64,000 nucleotides of DNA from Patescibacteria group bacterium (GTDB lineage Bacteria; Patescibacteriota; Patescibacteriia; 2-02-FULL-49-11): assembly GCA_041645165.1 (NCBI GenBank), contig JBAZQN010000001.1, positions 117,971 to 181,970 of the forward strand. Reading direction: 5' to 3'. This document shows positions 50,438-60,604 of the stretch, piece after piece (positions within the stretch are counted from its first letter, which is position 1; every line of letters starts with the position of its first letter). The position numbers and the translations under genes were made by a program. Under the pieces are notes generated by a model that worked only from the letters and a program-made list of their open reading frames with translations, was not told the origin of the DNA and did no database searches.

Positions 50438-53400
50438 GTGAAGTATTCGACTTATCAGACTTATCCGACCTATAAATCTACAAAGCCTTGGGCGATTTGG
50501 ACGCTCACCGTTCTTTTGGCGTTGCAGTCCATTTCTGGTGTTGCGATCGCACAAGAAGAGCAAACGCCTGCGCCAGAATCTGCTGGAAATTTCCAGATGC
50601 CGACCATGCCGCAAGTACCATCACTGCAAGATATGATGCAAGGTTGGAATTCTAATGGCGTGGTTGACGACGATGATCCGCCGGAAATAGAAGCGCCGGA
50701 TGAAGATGCTAATGAGGTAGATGAGGATGCAGGCGATACACAGGAAACGCCATCAGTTCCATTAATTCCCACAACTCCTCCATTATCTGACACTGACGGT
50801 TCTGGTTCAGGGACAGGAGGCACGCCAAGCGGTACAGGGGTACCATTGAGTGATACCCAGTGGTGGCAAGGGCTTATCCCTTCCATGGGTGGCCCAAGCG
50901 GATCTGGTAGTTCACAAACTGCTCAAGATATCCTTGATCTTTGGAATCGGAGCTGGATGCCGACAGAAGAAAAAGAGATTACTACTCCTGGCGCAGGATC
51001 TGGCGAGACCACAGGCGGCATTACCAGTCCCGCAGCAACCAGCACGCCCACGACCACTGCGCTTACCATACCCGGTGATACAGGAGGAGAAGTGAATGCC
51101 TTAAATGCGACGTCAACCGCAACTACAACTCCTTTGGCAGACGCGGAAAATTCGAACAATACCGGAGAAGGAAGTTTTATAAGTTCTGATACAGTAGCAA
51201 CAGAAACCGGTATAGAGATCACCAATGTATCAGATGTGACCAATAAACAGGTCATCGCTTCAGATTCCGGCAATAATACTCTTGAATTCGGACAAAGAGG
51301 GGAGGGCGGGATTACTACTGGGCAGTCAGATACGACCGCGAAAGGCGATTTTGAGTTGAATACGGTTGAGGTGAGAGAAACAGGAGAAATGACTCCAGAC
51401 CAGACAGGCTGCGCTGATTGCTGGGCAGTCTGGAACATGGGTTCAGTCGCGCTGAATGAAAATACTGGCGAAGACTCCAATAATCAGGCGACCGCTGATG
51501 TGGACCGCGATTATACGGTGGTAAATAACAACATCGCCTATCTGGGCAATGACTATCTCATCTCCGGCAACAGCGGCCGAAACCGCGTACTCGCAGGATT
51601 TAGTTTCAAGGACGGTTGGGTAGAAACCGGCAATGTTAAAGTGCGCTCAAATATCATCAATAAAGTGAATACGAACATTATTGATTTAAACGGCGTGGAA
51701 GCGATCTGGAGGCCGTTCGTGCTTGATATCAATGGCGAATACAATGAGGACATAGATCTCTTCGAACTTATCGCGAGCAGATTTGGCGGCACACGCGGCA
51801 TTTATGCAGACGCGAATAATACGAATACGGGCGAGGATTCCCTGAATCTCGCGGCCGCAAGCATTGAAGAGCGCACTGATATAGAGGTGAACAACCAGGG
51901 GTTGATTGAAAACGATTACGGAATAGAGGGCATATCAGGTAAGAACAGCATTTTTGCAGGCACCAAAATAAAGCGCACACGAGTGGATACAGGCAATGTT
52001 GACGTATCTACGAACCTTTTCAATTTCTTAAATACGAATATCATCGGCGGAGAAGCAACCGTGGCAGTAATAAATATCTTCGGCAATTTTAAGAAAAATA
52101 TTTTACTTCCCTCGTTTGACCAGATTTTCCCCCACGTGGGCCCTCGCATAGCCACAGGCGCCGATGCATCCGCGTCCATTGAAGGCGCCACAGGAGACTC
52201 TATAAATAATGCGGTCGCAATCGCGACGAATGATACGGAAATTACCGTGCAAAATTATGGCGGTGTCATAAACGAACTCAAGAATCGCGCAAATTCAGGA
52301 GAAAATGAAAACGTATTTGGCGATGATGGAGATAACATCACGGTAAAGACTGGCAAAGCGAAAGCGCAGACAAATGTGCTCACCCTTGCGAACCGCACCT
52401 GTATCGGCTGCGGATGGTTTTCCGGATTCTTTAACATCCTCGGCGATTGGAGCGGCCGGGTGAGCGGATTGCCTGATACGGCAAAAAGAGAAGGGAATGG
52501 TAAAAGCTTCGTGGTATCGGTAGAAGACACAGATGTGCCGGGTTTGGGTGGCAATGGAGTATCTGCGGACGCTTCGATAAACGGCACTGGCGATGATTCA
52601 TTCAATGGTTCTGCGGCAGTTGCAGCAAGAAGCGTGAAAGTAAAAACAGCCAATGAAGGCGCTGTTATCAATAAATTAAACCAGGTCGCTGATTCCGGTT
52701 CCAATACCATAGCTGCAATTGACGGCAAAGATATTACCGTGAACACCGGTGATGTAAGCTCTGCTATGAATGTGGGCACCATTTTGAATACTGATGTGAT
52801 TGGCGGGAAACTCGTCACCTTGGCGGTAAACTTGTTCGGCTCATGGGATGGTGATTTCATAATCGGCGATCCTACTGACGTAGGCGTGTCGCTCACCGCA
52901 ACACCCTCGCCATCGCCCGCAGCATTGGGAGGTACCATAACGTATCAAATCAATGTGACGAATGCCGCAAATGGCAAGACCACGGACGCCTCAGTGAAGG
53001 TGACGTATGACAATGCAAGAACCACTCTCGCGAATGCCGGCAACGGTACTGCAGGAGAGGGGAATGTAAGTTTTTCATTCCTTGGGCTTGTGCCGGGCGC
53101 ACAAGCGTCAGCAACCTTCAGCGTCACCATAAAGAATACCCTCGGATCCGGCACGCATATTATAAATGCAACTGCGGCCGCATCATCCTCAACTGCTGAT
53201 AATAATTCAGCAAACGACCAGTCGAGCGCTGCGGTGTCAGTGACTGTTGGCCAATCAGGCAACACGAATCCAGGTAATAATGATGAAGGTACGGTAGGAG
53301 GAACAGTTTTGCCTGGTGGCGATACCTCATATCAGAATACTAATCCCTCCGCAGGCAATAACACCGGTGGCACTAGTATCGGCAGCGCCACGTCAGGATC

Positions 53401-54256
53401 AGATACGGTGTTTAGCATTACTAAGACCTCAAGCGCTCCTTCCACAGGCGTTGCTCCCGGTAGCACCGTGCCCTATAAGATTACCTTGCAAAATAACAGG
53501 TCAGTGCCGGTAAACGATGTAAAAGTATACGATAAGCTCAAGAACGAAGGCGGGCTCGTGGTATTTGAAAATTCATGGGATCTGGGTCAAGTGGCGCCGA
53601 ATGAAAAAGTAGTCATAGATTATACCGTTATATTTTCTTCTGAAGCGCCCGCGGGTTACTATACGAATACGGCGTATGCGTCAGGATTCGACCAATCAAA
53701 TACAGTGACAAAATCGCCGAATGCCACGTTTAAACTTCGGATAGCGCTCGGTACCGCATTATTGAACGGCACGATAGAAGGCGCGGGTGTAAGCGGCACG
53801 GGAAGCGGCACAGGAGGCGTGGCAGGGCTGGCAACAGAGACAGCGCCCTTGTCCGATACTCCGGATAATGCAGCCTCGATACCGCTCAATAACGATGCGC
53901 CTATCGGCGATATTAATGCAATTTATTCACCTGACTATGCCTCTGCAGAAGTAATCGCGCCTGAAAATACGGTGATGGACATTGCCAAGGGCACGGTCAT
54001 CAGGACCATTGGAGTCAAATCCGCATCTGCCGCCGGGCTTAACGCTGATCTGCTCGCAAACCTTGTTGCCGATCCGCAGTCACCGCTTACGCAGACGCTG
54101 ACCAATAGGGTTCCTTTGCCGGCCAGCCAGCTCATGGCGCGTACCATAATGTTCGGCCTCCTTTCATTGCTCTTTTTCTTCTTTGCCTTCCTTATCGCGC
54201 GACGCCGCAGGAGAACTGAAGCAAGCGTAGCGCAGACTCCTTATTGGTTCCTATAA
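50438..54256 (+). CDS. Large surface protein: signal peptide, low-complexity region, N/T/G-rich repeats, DUF11-like domains, C-terminal TM anchor
   Basis: Repeated NTGEDSxN and SGxN...xTGxV motifs; GGTITYQINVTN and GSTVPYKITLQN domains; TM + RRRRR; start uncertain (GTG 50438 favoured). Confidence 0.75.
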   Translation: MKYSTYQTYPTYKSTKPWAIWTLTVLLALQSISGVAIAQEEQTPAPESAGNFQMPTMPQVPSLQDMMQGWNSNGVVDDDDPPEIEAPDEDANEVDEDAGDTQETPSVPLIPTTPPLSDTDGSGSGTGGTPSGTGVPLSDTQWWQGLIPSMGGPSGSGSSQTAQDILDLWNRSWMPTEEKEITTPGAGSGETTGGITSPAATSTPTTTALTIPGDTGGEVNALNATSTATTTPLADAENSNNTGEGSFISSDTVATETGIEITNVSDVTNKQVIASDSGNNTLEFGQRGEGGITTGQSDTTAKGDFELNTVEVRETGEMTPDQTGCADCWAVWNMGSVALNENTGEDSNNQATADVDRDYTVVNNNIAYLGNDYLISGNSGRNRVLAGFSFKDGWVETGNVKVRSNIINKVNTNIIDLNGVEAIWRPFVLDINGEYNEDIDLFELIASRFGGTRGIYADANNTNTGEDSLNLAAASIEERTDIEVNNQGLIENDYGIEGISGKNSIFAGTKIKRTRVDTGNVDVSTNLFNFLNTNIIGGEATVAVINIFGNFKKNILLPSFDQIFPHVGPRIATGADASASIEGATGDSINNAVAIATNDTEITVQNYGGVINELKNRANSGENENVFGDDGDNITVKTGKAKAQTNVLTLANRTCIGCGWFSGFFNILGDWSGRVSGLPDTAKREGNGKSFVVSVEDTDVPGLGGNGVSADASINGTGDDSFNGSAAVAARSVKVKTANEGAVINKLNQVADSGSNTIAAIDGKDITVNTGDVSSAMNVGTILNTDVIGGKLVTLAVNLFGSWDGDFIIGDPTDVGVSLTATPSPSPAALGGTITYQINVTNAANGKTTDASVKVTYDNARTTLANAGNGTAGEGNVSFSFLGLVPGAQASATFSVTIKNTLGSGTHIINATAAASSSTADNNSANDQSSAAVSVTVGQSGNTNPGNNDEGTVGGTVLPGGDTSYQNTNPSAGNNTGGTSIGSATSGSDTVFSITKTSSAPSTGVAPGSTVPYKITLQNNRSVPVNDVKVYDKLKNEGGLVVFENSWDLGQVAPNEKVVIDYTVIFSSEAPAGYYTNTAYASGFDQSNTVTKSPNATFKLRIALGTALLNGTIEGAGVSGTGSGTGGVAGLATETAPLSDTPDNAASIPLNNDAPIGDINAIYSPDYASAEVIAPENTVMDIAKGTVIRTIGVKSASAAGLNADLLANLVADPQSPLTQTLTNRVPLPASQLMARTIMFGLLSLLFFFFAFLIARRRRRTEASVAQTPYWFL

Positions 54257-54288
54257 GATAATTAACATCTTAAAACAGTTTTAGTATT

Positions 54289-54317
54289 TTACACAGACAG
54301 CAAACCTGTCTGTGTAA
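54289..54317 (+). terminator. Hairpin downstream of the large surface gene
   Basis: TTACACAGACAG-CAAAC-CTGTCTGTGTAA; no clear U-tract. Confidence 0.45.
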
Positions 54318-54467
54318 TTATGTGATGATGTTTAACGTGAAGTCGCAGACGAGCCTGCCTGCGCAGGCAGGCTGCGACGTTACTTGAGTTGGCTCTTCAG
54401 ACATTTGTGTGGGTAATTTACGGATAGTCTCACTCCGGATTTCCCCTCTTAAAGTAAGAGGGGCTAG

Positions 54468-54567
54468 TGCCGTTACAATTTAATTCGGCTATAACTGATA
54501 TGCTTATTTTACCGTCTGTATTGAAATACTAATCTCTTGCATGTCGCAAAACTTAATTGTAACGGTA
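54468..54567. mobile_element. 100-bp MITE-like element flanked by CTAG
   Basis: CTAG-TGCCGTTACAATT ... AATTGTAACGGTA-CTAG. Confidence 0.7.
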
Positions 54568-54903
54568 CTAGGGGAGTTATGAGAGGGACGCATGAAAAGG
54601 CTTTGATTCGCCAAAAGTCTGCATATGCGCCCCGTCATAACCCACCCTCACCCTCCCTTATCTTTCAGCCCGAGGCTTCAGCCATAGGCTGATCTGCCTC
54701 TGGCATGAGATCCGCCTTCGGTGGAAAGGGAGGGGGCTGGTGGAACCGCTCACGAGACCCATCGTACCCACAGAAAACCCGGAAGAACCCTTGAGTTATC
54801 TGGTATTTTGGATGCCGCTTGACAGTAAAAGGCGGTTAGTAGTATCTTTAGCACGATTATAGGCATTACTTCCTCCACGTGTGGGGAAGTTCCAATTTAA
54901 TTT

Positions 54904-55383
54904 ATGCCAGGATATAACCAATTAACCTATCTCACGAAAGAAGGGTATGAAAAGCTAAAGGAAGAGCTTCATACGCTCAAGACCGTGAAGCGGAAGGAAG
55001 TGGCATGGCGCATCCAGCAGGCGAAAGAACTGGGCGATTTATCGGAAAATGCCGAATATACGGAAGCCAAGAACGAACAGGCGTTCCTCGAAGGCAGGAT
55101 TGCAGAACTTGAGAATGTCATAAAAAACGCTGAAATTATTTCTTCCCATGAGCGTCCCGCGGGCGGCATGGTGGAGGTGGGGTCACGCATCAAAGTAAAG
55201 ACTCAAGATGGCGGGGAAGCAGAATTCACTATTGTCGGTTCCCAAGAGGCTGATCCAAAATCCGGCATTATCTCGAATGAGTCTCCCCTCGGGCGCGCAT
55301 TTTTGGGTCACATGGTAGGTGATAAGATAGAAGTGCAAGTTCCCAAAGGAATTGTGACGTACAAAATTGTAAAAGTTTTTTAA
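54904..55383 (+). CDS. greA: Transcription elongation factor GreA
   Basis: LTKEGYEKL, GDLSENAEY, ISNESPLGRA. Confidence 0.96.
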   Translation: MPGYNQLTYLTKEGYEKLKEELHTLKTVKRKEVAWRIQQAKELGDLSENAEYTEAKNEQAFLEGRIAELENVIKNAEIISSHERPAGGMVEVGSRIKVKTQDGGEAEFTIVGSQEADPKSGIISNESPLGRAFLGHMVGDKIEVQVPKGIVTYKIVKVF

Positions 55384-55653
55384 AGATTGCAGGTAACATA
55401 TTTGCACGTTACCGTTAATGCCCACTTATAGTCCTCGCCGCTCGGAATGCACAATTTTTTTGCGGACGCGATCTCGCGGCCATGACGCTTATGCCCGTCT
55501 GACACGGGCATAAGTCCTCGAAAAACTGACATTCCTTCACGTCGAGGTGAAGGCAGTGAGTAGTTACACATTTACCCCCTTATTTAGGGGGTAATTTTGT
55601 ACTATCAGATCTATTGCATAATCTGCGCTGAGAAGGATATAATTATCTCTAGT

Positions 55654-57738
55654 ATGACAGAGAAACAATCGGAACGCGCGACGCGGCTGGAGCGTCTGCA
55701 CATGCTCAAAGCGCAGGGGGTAGATCCCTATCCCAGTATTGTTGCGCGCACGCATACCGTAAAGGCAGTTCTTGATGCGGGCGACAGCCTCAAAGAAACA
55801 CACGTGGTTCTTGTGGGCAGGGTGCGCGCGCTTCGGTCGCACGGGAAAACAACTTTTTTAGACATCGAAGACGGTACGGGAAAAATGCAGATCTACGCAA
55901 AATATGATAATTTAAAGGATGGGTACGACCGTCTTATTGAAACGCTTGATGTTGCAGATTTCATAGAAGCAAAAGGGACTTTTTTCCGTACGAAAGTAGG
56001 GGAGCCCACCCTTCTCACAGAAAGCGTCCGCATAATCGCGAAGGCATTAGAGCCGTTGCCGGAAAAGTGGCACGGACTGCAGGATCCGGAATTGCGCTAT
56101 CGCAAGCGTTATTTGGATTTTCTCGTCAACACGGACGCAAAAAAAGCGGCAGAGACAAGGATCGCGCTGACCCAGGCAATACGCGAATTTTTCAATGCGC
56201 ATGGCTTTATGGAAGTGGAAACTCCCATTCTCCAGCCGATTGCGGGCGGTGCATCTGCGCGGCCGTTTGTCACCCATCATAATGCGCTCGGCACGGATTT
56301 CTATCTGCGGGTCGCGCCGGAATTGTATTTGAAGCGGCTGATTGTCGGCGGTTTTGAAAAGGTATATGAGATAGCCCGTTGTTTCCGCAATGAGGGTATG
56401 GATCGCGCCCATAATCCGGAATTTACGCAGATAGAATTTTATTGGGCCTATGCCGATTACCGGCAACTGATGCAGCTGTCAGAGGAGCTGATGACCTTCC
56501 TGCTCGAGCGCATCGTGGGCAGTACCACTATCATCCTTGAAGGAAAAGAAATTAATTGTAAGCCGCCCTATCCGCGCATGAGCTTTCAGGAAGCACTAGA
56601 GGAAAAGGCAGGCATACAGGGAGTGTATGCGTTGCCTGATGCGTCTTTGGTAAAAATTGCGCGGGATAAAGGCATCGAGGTTGAAGCGGGGTGGGGGAGA
56701 GGGAGGCTGTATGATGAATTGTGGAAGCATTTGATACGTCCTGCCATAACTTCGCCGGTATTTTTAATTGATCATCCTCTAGAGCTCTCGCCGCTCGCAA
56801 AGCGCAAAGCCGACAATCCTGCGCTGACTGAACGTTTCCAGCTCATTATCGGGGGAGTGGAGCTTATAAATGCATTCAGCGAATTAAACGATCCTATAGA
56901 CCAAGAAGAGCGTTTCCGTGAACAGGAAAAAGCGCATGAGGCAGGCGATGAAGAGGCGCAGCGCTATGATGAAGATTTCATAGATGCGCTCCGCCATGGC
57001 ATGCCGCCCACCGCCGGATTCGGCATGGGCATTGACCGCCTTGCCGCGCTTCTTGCCGGCACCCATGCGATCAAAGAGGTTATTTTATTCCCAACCTTAA
57101 GGCCAAAAATAAATGACTCGCAAAATATTTTACTAAAGGCAACCAATCGCGAGCCACAGCAAAATAACATTCCACATACTATGTACCCTCGCGAGAATGC
57201 GCTCAAACTGCTCCGCACTCATGTGAAGAATGAAAACCTTATCAAGCACATGCTTGCCGCTGAAGCGGTCATGAGGGCGCTTGCAGAGAAATTCGAAGGC
57301 AATGCTGATGAATGGGGGCTCGCGGGACTGCTTCATGATATTGACTGGGAAGAAACGCAGGATAATCCGCACAGCCACTCTCTGGTATCTAGCGAATATC
57401 TCGCGCATGAAGGAGTCGGTTCCGAAGTGGTGCAGGCTATAAAAACGCACAATCATCTCCATGGCATCATCCCACAAACACCGCTTGAGAAAGCGCTTTA
57501 CAGCGCAGAAGAGCTTACTGGGTTGTTGGTCGCATGCGCGCTCGTCCAGCCAACAAAAAAATTAGCAGACGTGAGCGTTGATGGAGTCCTAAAAAAATTC
57601 AAACAGCCGTCATTTGCCAAAGGAGTCAATAGAGAAATTATTCTCAAATCAGAAGAATTATTAGGAATAAATTTACAGGATCTTATAGAATTAGAATTGC
57701 GTGCTATGCAGGAAATGGCTGATACGTTGGGATTATGA
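55654..57738 (+). CDS. lysS: Lysyl-tRNA synthetase (class II) fused to C-terminal HD-domain hydrolase
   Basis: GGASARPF, FRNEG..HNPEF, GMPPTAGFGMGIDR; then KHMLA..GLLHDIDWE from about 57181. Confidence 0.95.
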   Translation: MTEKQSERATRLERLHMLKAQGVDPYPSIVARTHTVKAVLDAGDSLKETHVVLVGRVRALRSHGKTTFLDIEDGTGKMQIYAKYDNLKDGYDRLIETLDVADFIEAKGTFFRTKVGEPTLLTESVRIIAKALEPLPEKWHGLQDPELRYRKRYLDFLVNTDAKKAAETRIALTQAIREFFNAHGFMEVETPILQPIAGGASARPFVTHHNALGTDFYLRVAPELYLKRLIVGGFEKVYEIARCFRNEGMDRAHNPEFTQIEFYWAYADYRQLMQLSEELMTFLLERIVGSTTIILEGKEINCKPPYPRMSFQEALEEKAGIQGVYALPDASLVKIARDKGIEVEAGWGRGRLYDELWKHLIRPAITSPVFLIDHPLELSPLAKRKADNPALTERFQLIIGGVELINAFSELNDPIDQEERFREQEKAHEAGDEEAQRYDEDFIDALRHGMPPTAGFGMGIDRLAALLAGTHAIKEVILFPTLRPKINDSQNILLKATNREPQQNNIPHTMYPRENALKLLRTHVKNENLIKHMLAAEAVMRALAEKFEGNADEWGLAGLLHDIDWEETQDNPHSHSLVSSEYLAHEGVGSEVVQAIKTHNHLHGIIPQTPLEKALYSAEELTGLLVACALVQPTKKLADVSVDGVLKKFKQPSFAKGVNREIILKSEELLGINLQDLIELELRAMQEMADTLGL

Positions 57739-57756
57739 TATTATACGACACATCAT

Positions 57757-59070
57757 ATGATAGATATTAATTTCATCCGTGAACATCCCGATAAGGTTCG
57801 TTGGGCGTTAGAGATTAAAAAGATCAGCCTCGATATTGATGAATTTTTGCATATTGATAAAAAACGAAATGCAGCACTGCGCGAACTGGAAGAATTGCAG
57901 AGAAAACGGAATGAAATAGCTGCAAGCGGGAGAACAGGCAACTTGAATCAAAGAGAAGAAGGCAAGCTGATCAAACAAAAGTTAGGGGAGCAGGAAAAGA
58001 GATTTGAGACACTTGATGAAATATACGAAAATTTCATGGTGCAGATGCCCACCATTCCCGCAGCCGATACACCCATTGGCAATGATGAGAGGGGGAATGT
58101 CGAGGTAAAGAAATGGGGGGAGCCTTCGCAATTCAGCTTCACACCCAAAGACCATGTGCAAATCGGTCGCGATCTTGATCTCCTTGATTTGGAAAAAGGT
58201 GTAAAGGTGAGCGGTTATCGCGGATATTATGTGAAAAATGAAGCGGTTATGCTCCAAATGGGCGTGATGATGTACGCTTTGCAAAAGGCAATTCAGAAGG
58301 GTTTCAAACCAATGATTCCACCCACCTTAGTAAATGAATTCGTGCTTTTTGGCAGCGGATACTTCAAGGGAAAAACTTATAATCCTGATACCGATGAAAT
58401 TTATAAAATTGATAATAACGAGAAAGAGGCGAATGGCGCGGTGAAAAAAGAAAATAAATTTTTAGTGGGAACTGCAGAGCCTTCGCTCCTTGCATATTAT
58501 GCAGATGATATTCTTAAAGAAAAGGATCTCCCGTTAAAAATATGCGGATTTTCTCAGTGTTATCGGAGTGAGATAGGAAGTTATGGCAAAGACACTAAGG
58601 GCATATATCGCGTTCACGAATTTATGAAAGTAGAATTGGTGTGCATTACGAAAGCAGATGTGGATACTGCAGATAGTCTGCATGAGGAGCTTATAGCATT
58701 TTCACGCGAATTGCATGAAGATTTAGGGCTCCCATACCGGCAACTGCGTATTTGCTCAGGAGACCTCTCTGCGGGCAAGTACAAACAGTTTGACACAGAA
58801 GCATGGATTCCAAGCCGTCAAGCGTATGGAGAGACAGGCTCTGCGTCTAATTTTCTCGATTGGCAATCACGAAGACTTAATGTGCGGTACCGAACGGACG
58901 ATGGCGATATAAAATATGTATATATGCTCAATGATACCGCACTACCTTCACCGAGAATCCTTATCTCAATTCTTGAAAATTATCAGCAGGCTGACGGCAG
59001 CATTAAGGTCCCGGAAGCGCTTTTGCCTTACATGAATGGCATACATACGATACACCGGGGGAGTGTTTAA
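57757..59070 (+). CDS. serS: Seryl-tRNA synthetase
   Basis: MIDINFIR, GTAEP, CYRSEIGSYGKDTKGIYRVHEF, ENYQQADGSI. Confidence 0.96.
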   Translation: MIDINFIREHPDKVRWALEIKKISLDIDEFLHIDKKRNAALRELEELQRKRNEIAASGRTGNLNQREEGKLIKQKLGEQEKRFETLDEIYENFMVQMPTIPAADTPIGNDERGNVEVKKWGEPSQFSFTPKDHVQIGRDLDLLDLEKGVKVSGYRGYYVKNEAVMLQMGVMMYALQKAIQKGFKPMIPPTLVNEFVLFGSGYFKGKTYNPDTDEIYKIDNNEKEANGAVKKENKFLVGTAEPSLLAYYADDILKEKDLPLKICGFSQCYRSEIGSYGKDTKGIYRVHEFMKVELVCITKADVDTADSLHEELIAFSRELHEDLGLPYRQLRICSGDLSAGKYKQFDTEAWIPSRQAYGETGSASNFLDWQSRRLNVRYRTDDGDIKYVYMLNDTALPSPRILISILENYQQADGSIKVPEALLPYMNGIHTIHRGSV

Positions 59071-59140
59071 GCCTTCTCTCAAATACTATTTATAAATGAG
59101 ACTAATATTATCCGACGCTTAACTGCTTGTCTTAAGCAAA

Positions 59141-60001
59141 ATGTTTTTGGGTTTATTCCATCATGCCAATCATTTGCCTGCACGACGCAAAAAAAAAGAT
59201 TATTACGAACATGCGTATAAAAATCCGCACCGTGCAGATCCCAAAAGAGGAATTGACACCAGACTAATTTTTTTATTGTGCGGGGTTTCAATCCTCGTGA
59301 GTATATGTTATTGGCTATTTTTCTCCGGAGCTTTCCGCGTAACCATCATTGATATTTTAAACGCGCAGAGTATTGACCCGCACAATATTGAAGCATTGGT
59401 AAGGCTTGAGCTAGGCAAAAAAAAATTATTTACGATTCCCTACGGCGCAAGCCTTTTTTTTATTGATTCGCAGCGTATTGAACAAGCGATATTGAACGAA
59501 TTTCCTGTTAAAAAGGTTGAAGTCAAACCCTCATTGCCGCATCGTCTCATTATTGATTTGGAAGAACGCATCCCGCGTTATATTGTCAAAACCGCGCAAG
59601 GAGGGGAGCCATTAGCCATTGATGACGAGGGGATAGCCCTTGGGCCTGCGGTATTGGGTGAGCAGTGGCCTTCTTGGGTCATTACCGCGCCGGCATTGTT
59701 GAGCACCACCACAGGCGCTGCAGCGCTTCCTCGCAGTGCGCTTTCATTCCTGAACGCGCTGGAGGCCTCATCTGCGCATATACGCCAGGGCTACCGCATT
59801 CAGGAGGTTGACCTTACTCGCATTCCTTTGCACGATATATCAGTAAAGACATCTGAACAGTGGGTTATCTTAATATCAGATGCCTTTGATACCGATTTGC
59901 AGCTTTTAAACGTCGATAGAGCGCTTGTAGAAATGAAGGATGAAAGAAAGGTTATCCAATACATTGATGTGCGCATACCGACGAAGATATTTTACAAGTG
60001 A
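59141..60001 (+). CDS. ftsQ: FtsQ/DivIB-like cell division protein
   Basis: TM then POTRA-like LPHRLIIDLEER; C-terminal YIDVRIPTKIFYK. Confidence 0.7.
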   Translation: MFLGLFHHANHLPARRKKKDYYEHAYKNPHRADPKRGIDTRLIFLLCGVSILVSICYWLFFSGAFRVTIIDILNAQSIDPHNIEALVRLELGKKKLFTIPYGASLFFIDSQRIEQAILNEFPVKKVEVKPSLPHRLIIDLEERIPRYIVKTAQGGEPLAIDDEGIALGPAVLGEQWPSWVITAPALLSTTTGAAALPRSALSFLNALEASSAHIRQGYRIQEVDLTRIPLHDISVKTSEQWVILISDAFDTDLQLLNVDRALVEMKDERKVIQYIDVRIPTKIFYK

Positions 60002-60090
60002 CTTAAGATTGCGCAGATAAGTGCTTGGGGCGGATAACATATAATGTCCGACTCTAGATATCTAACGTCCGCATATTCCCCTCTTAACAA

Positions 60091-60116
60091 AAGAAGGCCC
60101 GTGAAGAGGCCTTCTT
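60091..60116. terminator. Hairpin terminator between convergent genes
   Basis: AAGAAGGCC-CGTGAAGA-GGCCTTCTT; T-tract on the minus strand. Confidence 0.65.
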
Positions 60117-60136
60117 AATGTTTGACGTATAGCCAT

Positions 60137-60487
60137 TTATTCTGGAAATATACCACCCGTCGAAAAATAAATGGTTATATTACCCATTGAAAAGCTATTT
60201 ACTACTGTTGACGTCGCCGATCCAGTAATAATACTACCGCCCACTATATCCTCTCCCGCAATTATGCTATTTTGCCCGGTGATAATGCGTTGGCGTGTTA
60301 TTATTGTCGCATTGGATGTGGCGCGAGGTCTTATGATAATGGATGATCTGCTTCTTACGTTGCAGATATATGTTGGATCATCTGCTACGTTATCAGTGAT
60401 ATTGCACGTTGCTACTGCTAAGACAGGTGATGCAAATAATAGGGAGATGCCGATGCCGCTAATAATACCAAAGAAAAGTTTTTTCAT
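60137..60487 (-). CDS. Small secreted protein related to 49751-50341
   Basis: MKKLFFG signal peptide; TGQNSIIAGEDIVGGSIITGSA repeat motif. Confidence 0.65.
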   Translation of the reverse strand: MKKLFFGIISGIGISLLFASPVLAVATCNITDNVADDPTYICNVRSRSSIIIRPRATSNATIITRQRIITGQNSIIAGEDIVGGSIITGSATSTVVNSFSMGNITIYFSTGGIFPE

Positions 60488-60604
60488 ATGGTTGGTCTGC
60501 GCCTTTTTATTTTTATAATTTGTTTTCGACCTTTCTCCCCTCCCCTCGTTATTATCAATAGAATAAATCATCTGATCTGTAACAAAAATAAATACAGAAA
60601 TCTA

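Noticed and set aside
50173-54147. Long antisense ORFs opposite the large surface gene (also 45476-46102, 7659-8117 and similar)
   Set aside because: Shadow ORFs of real genes with no recognisable motifs.
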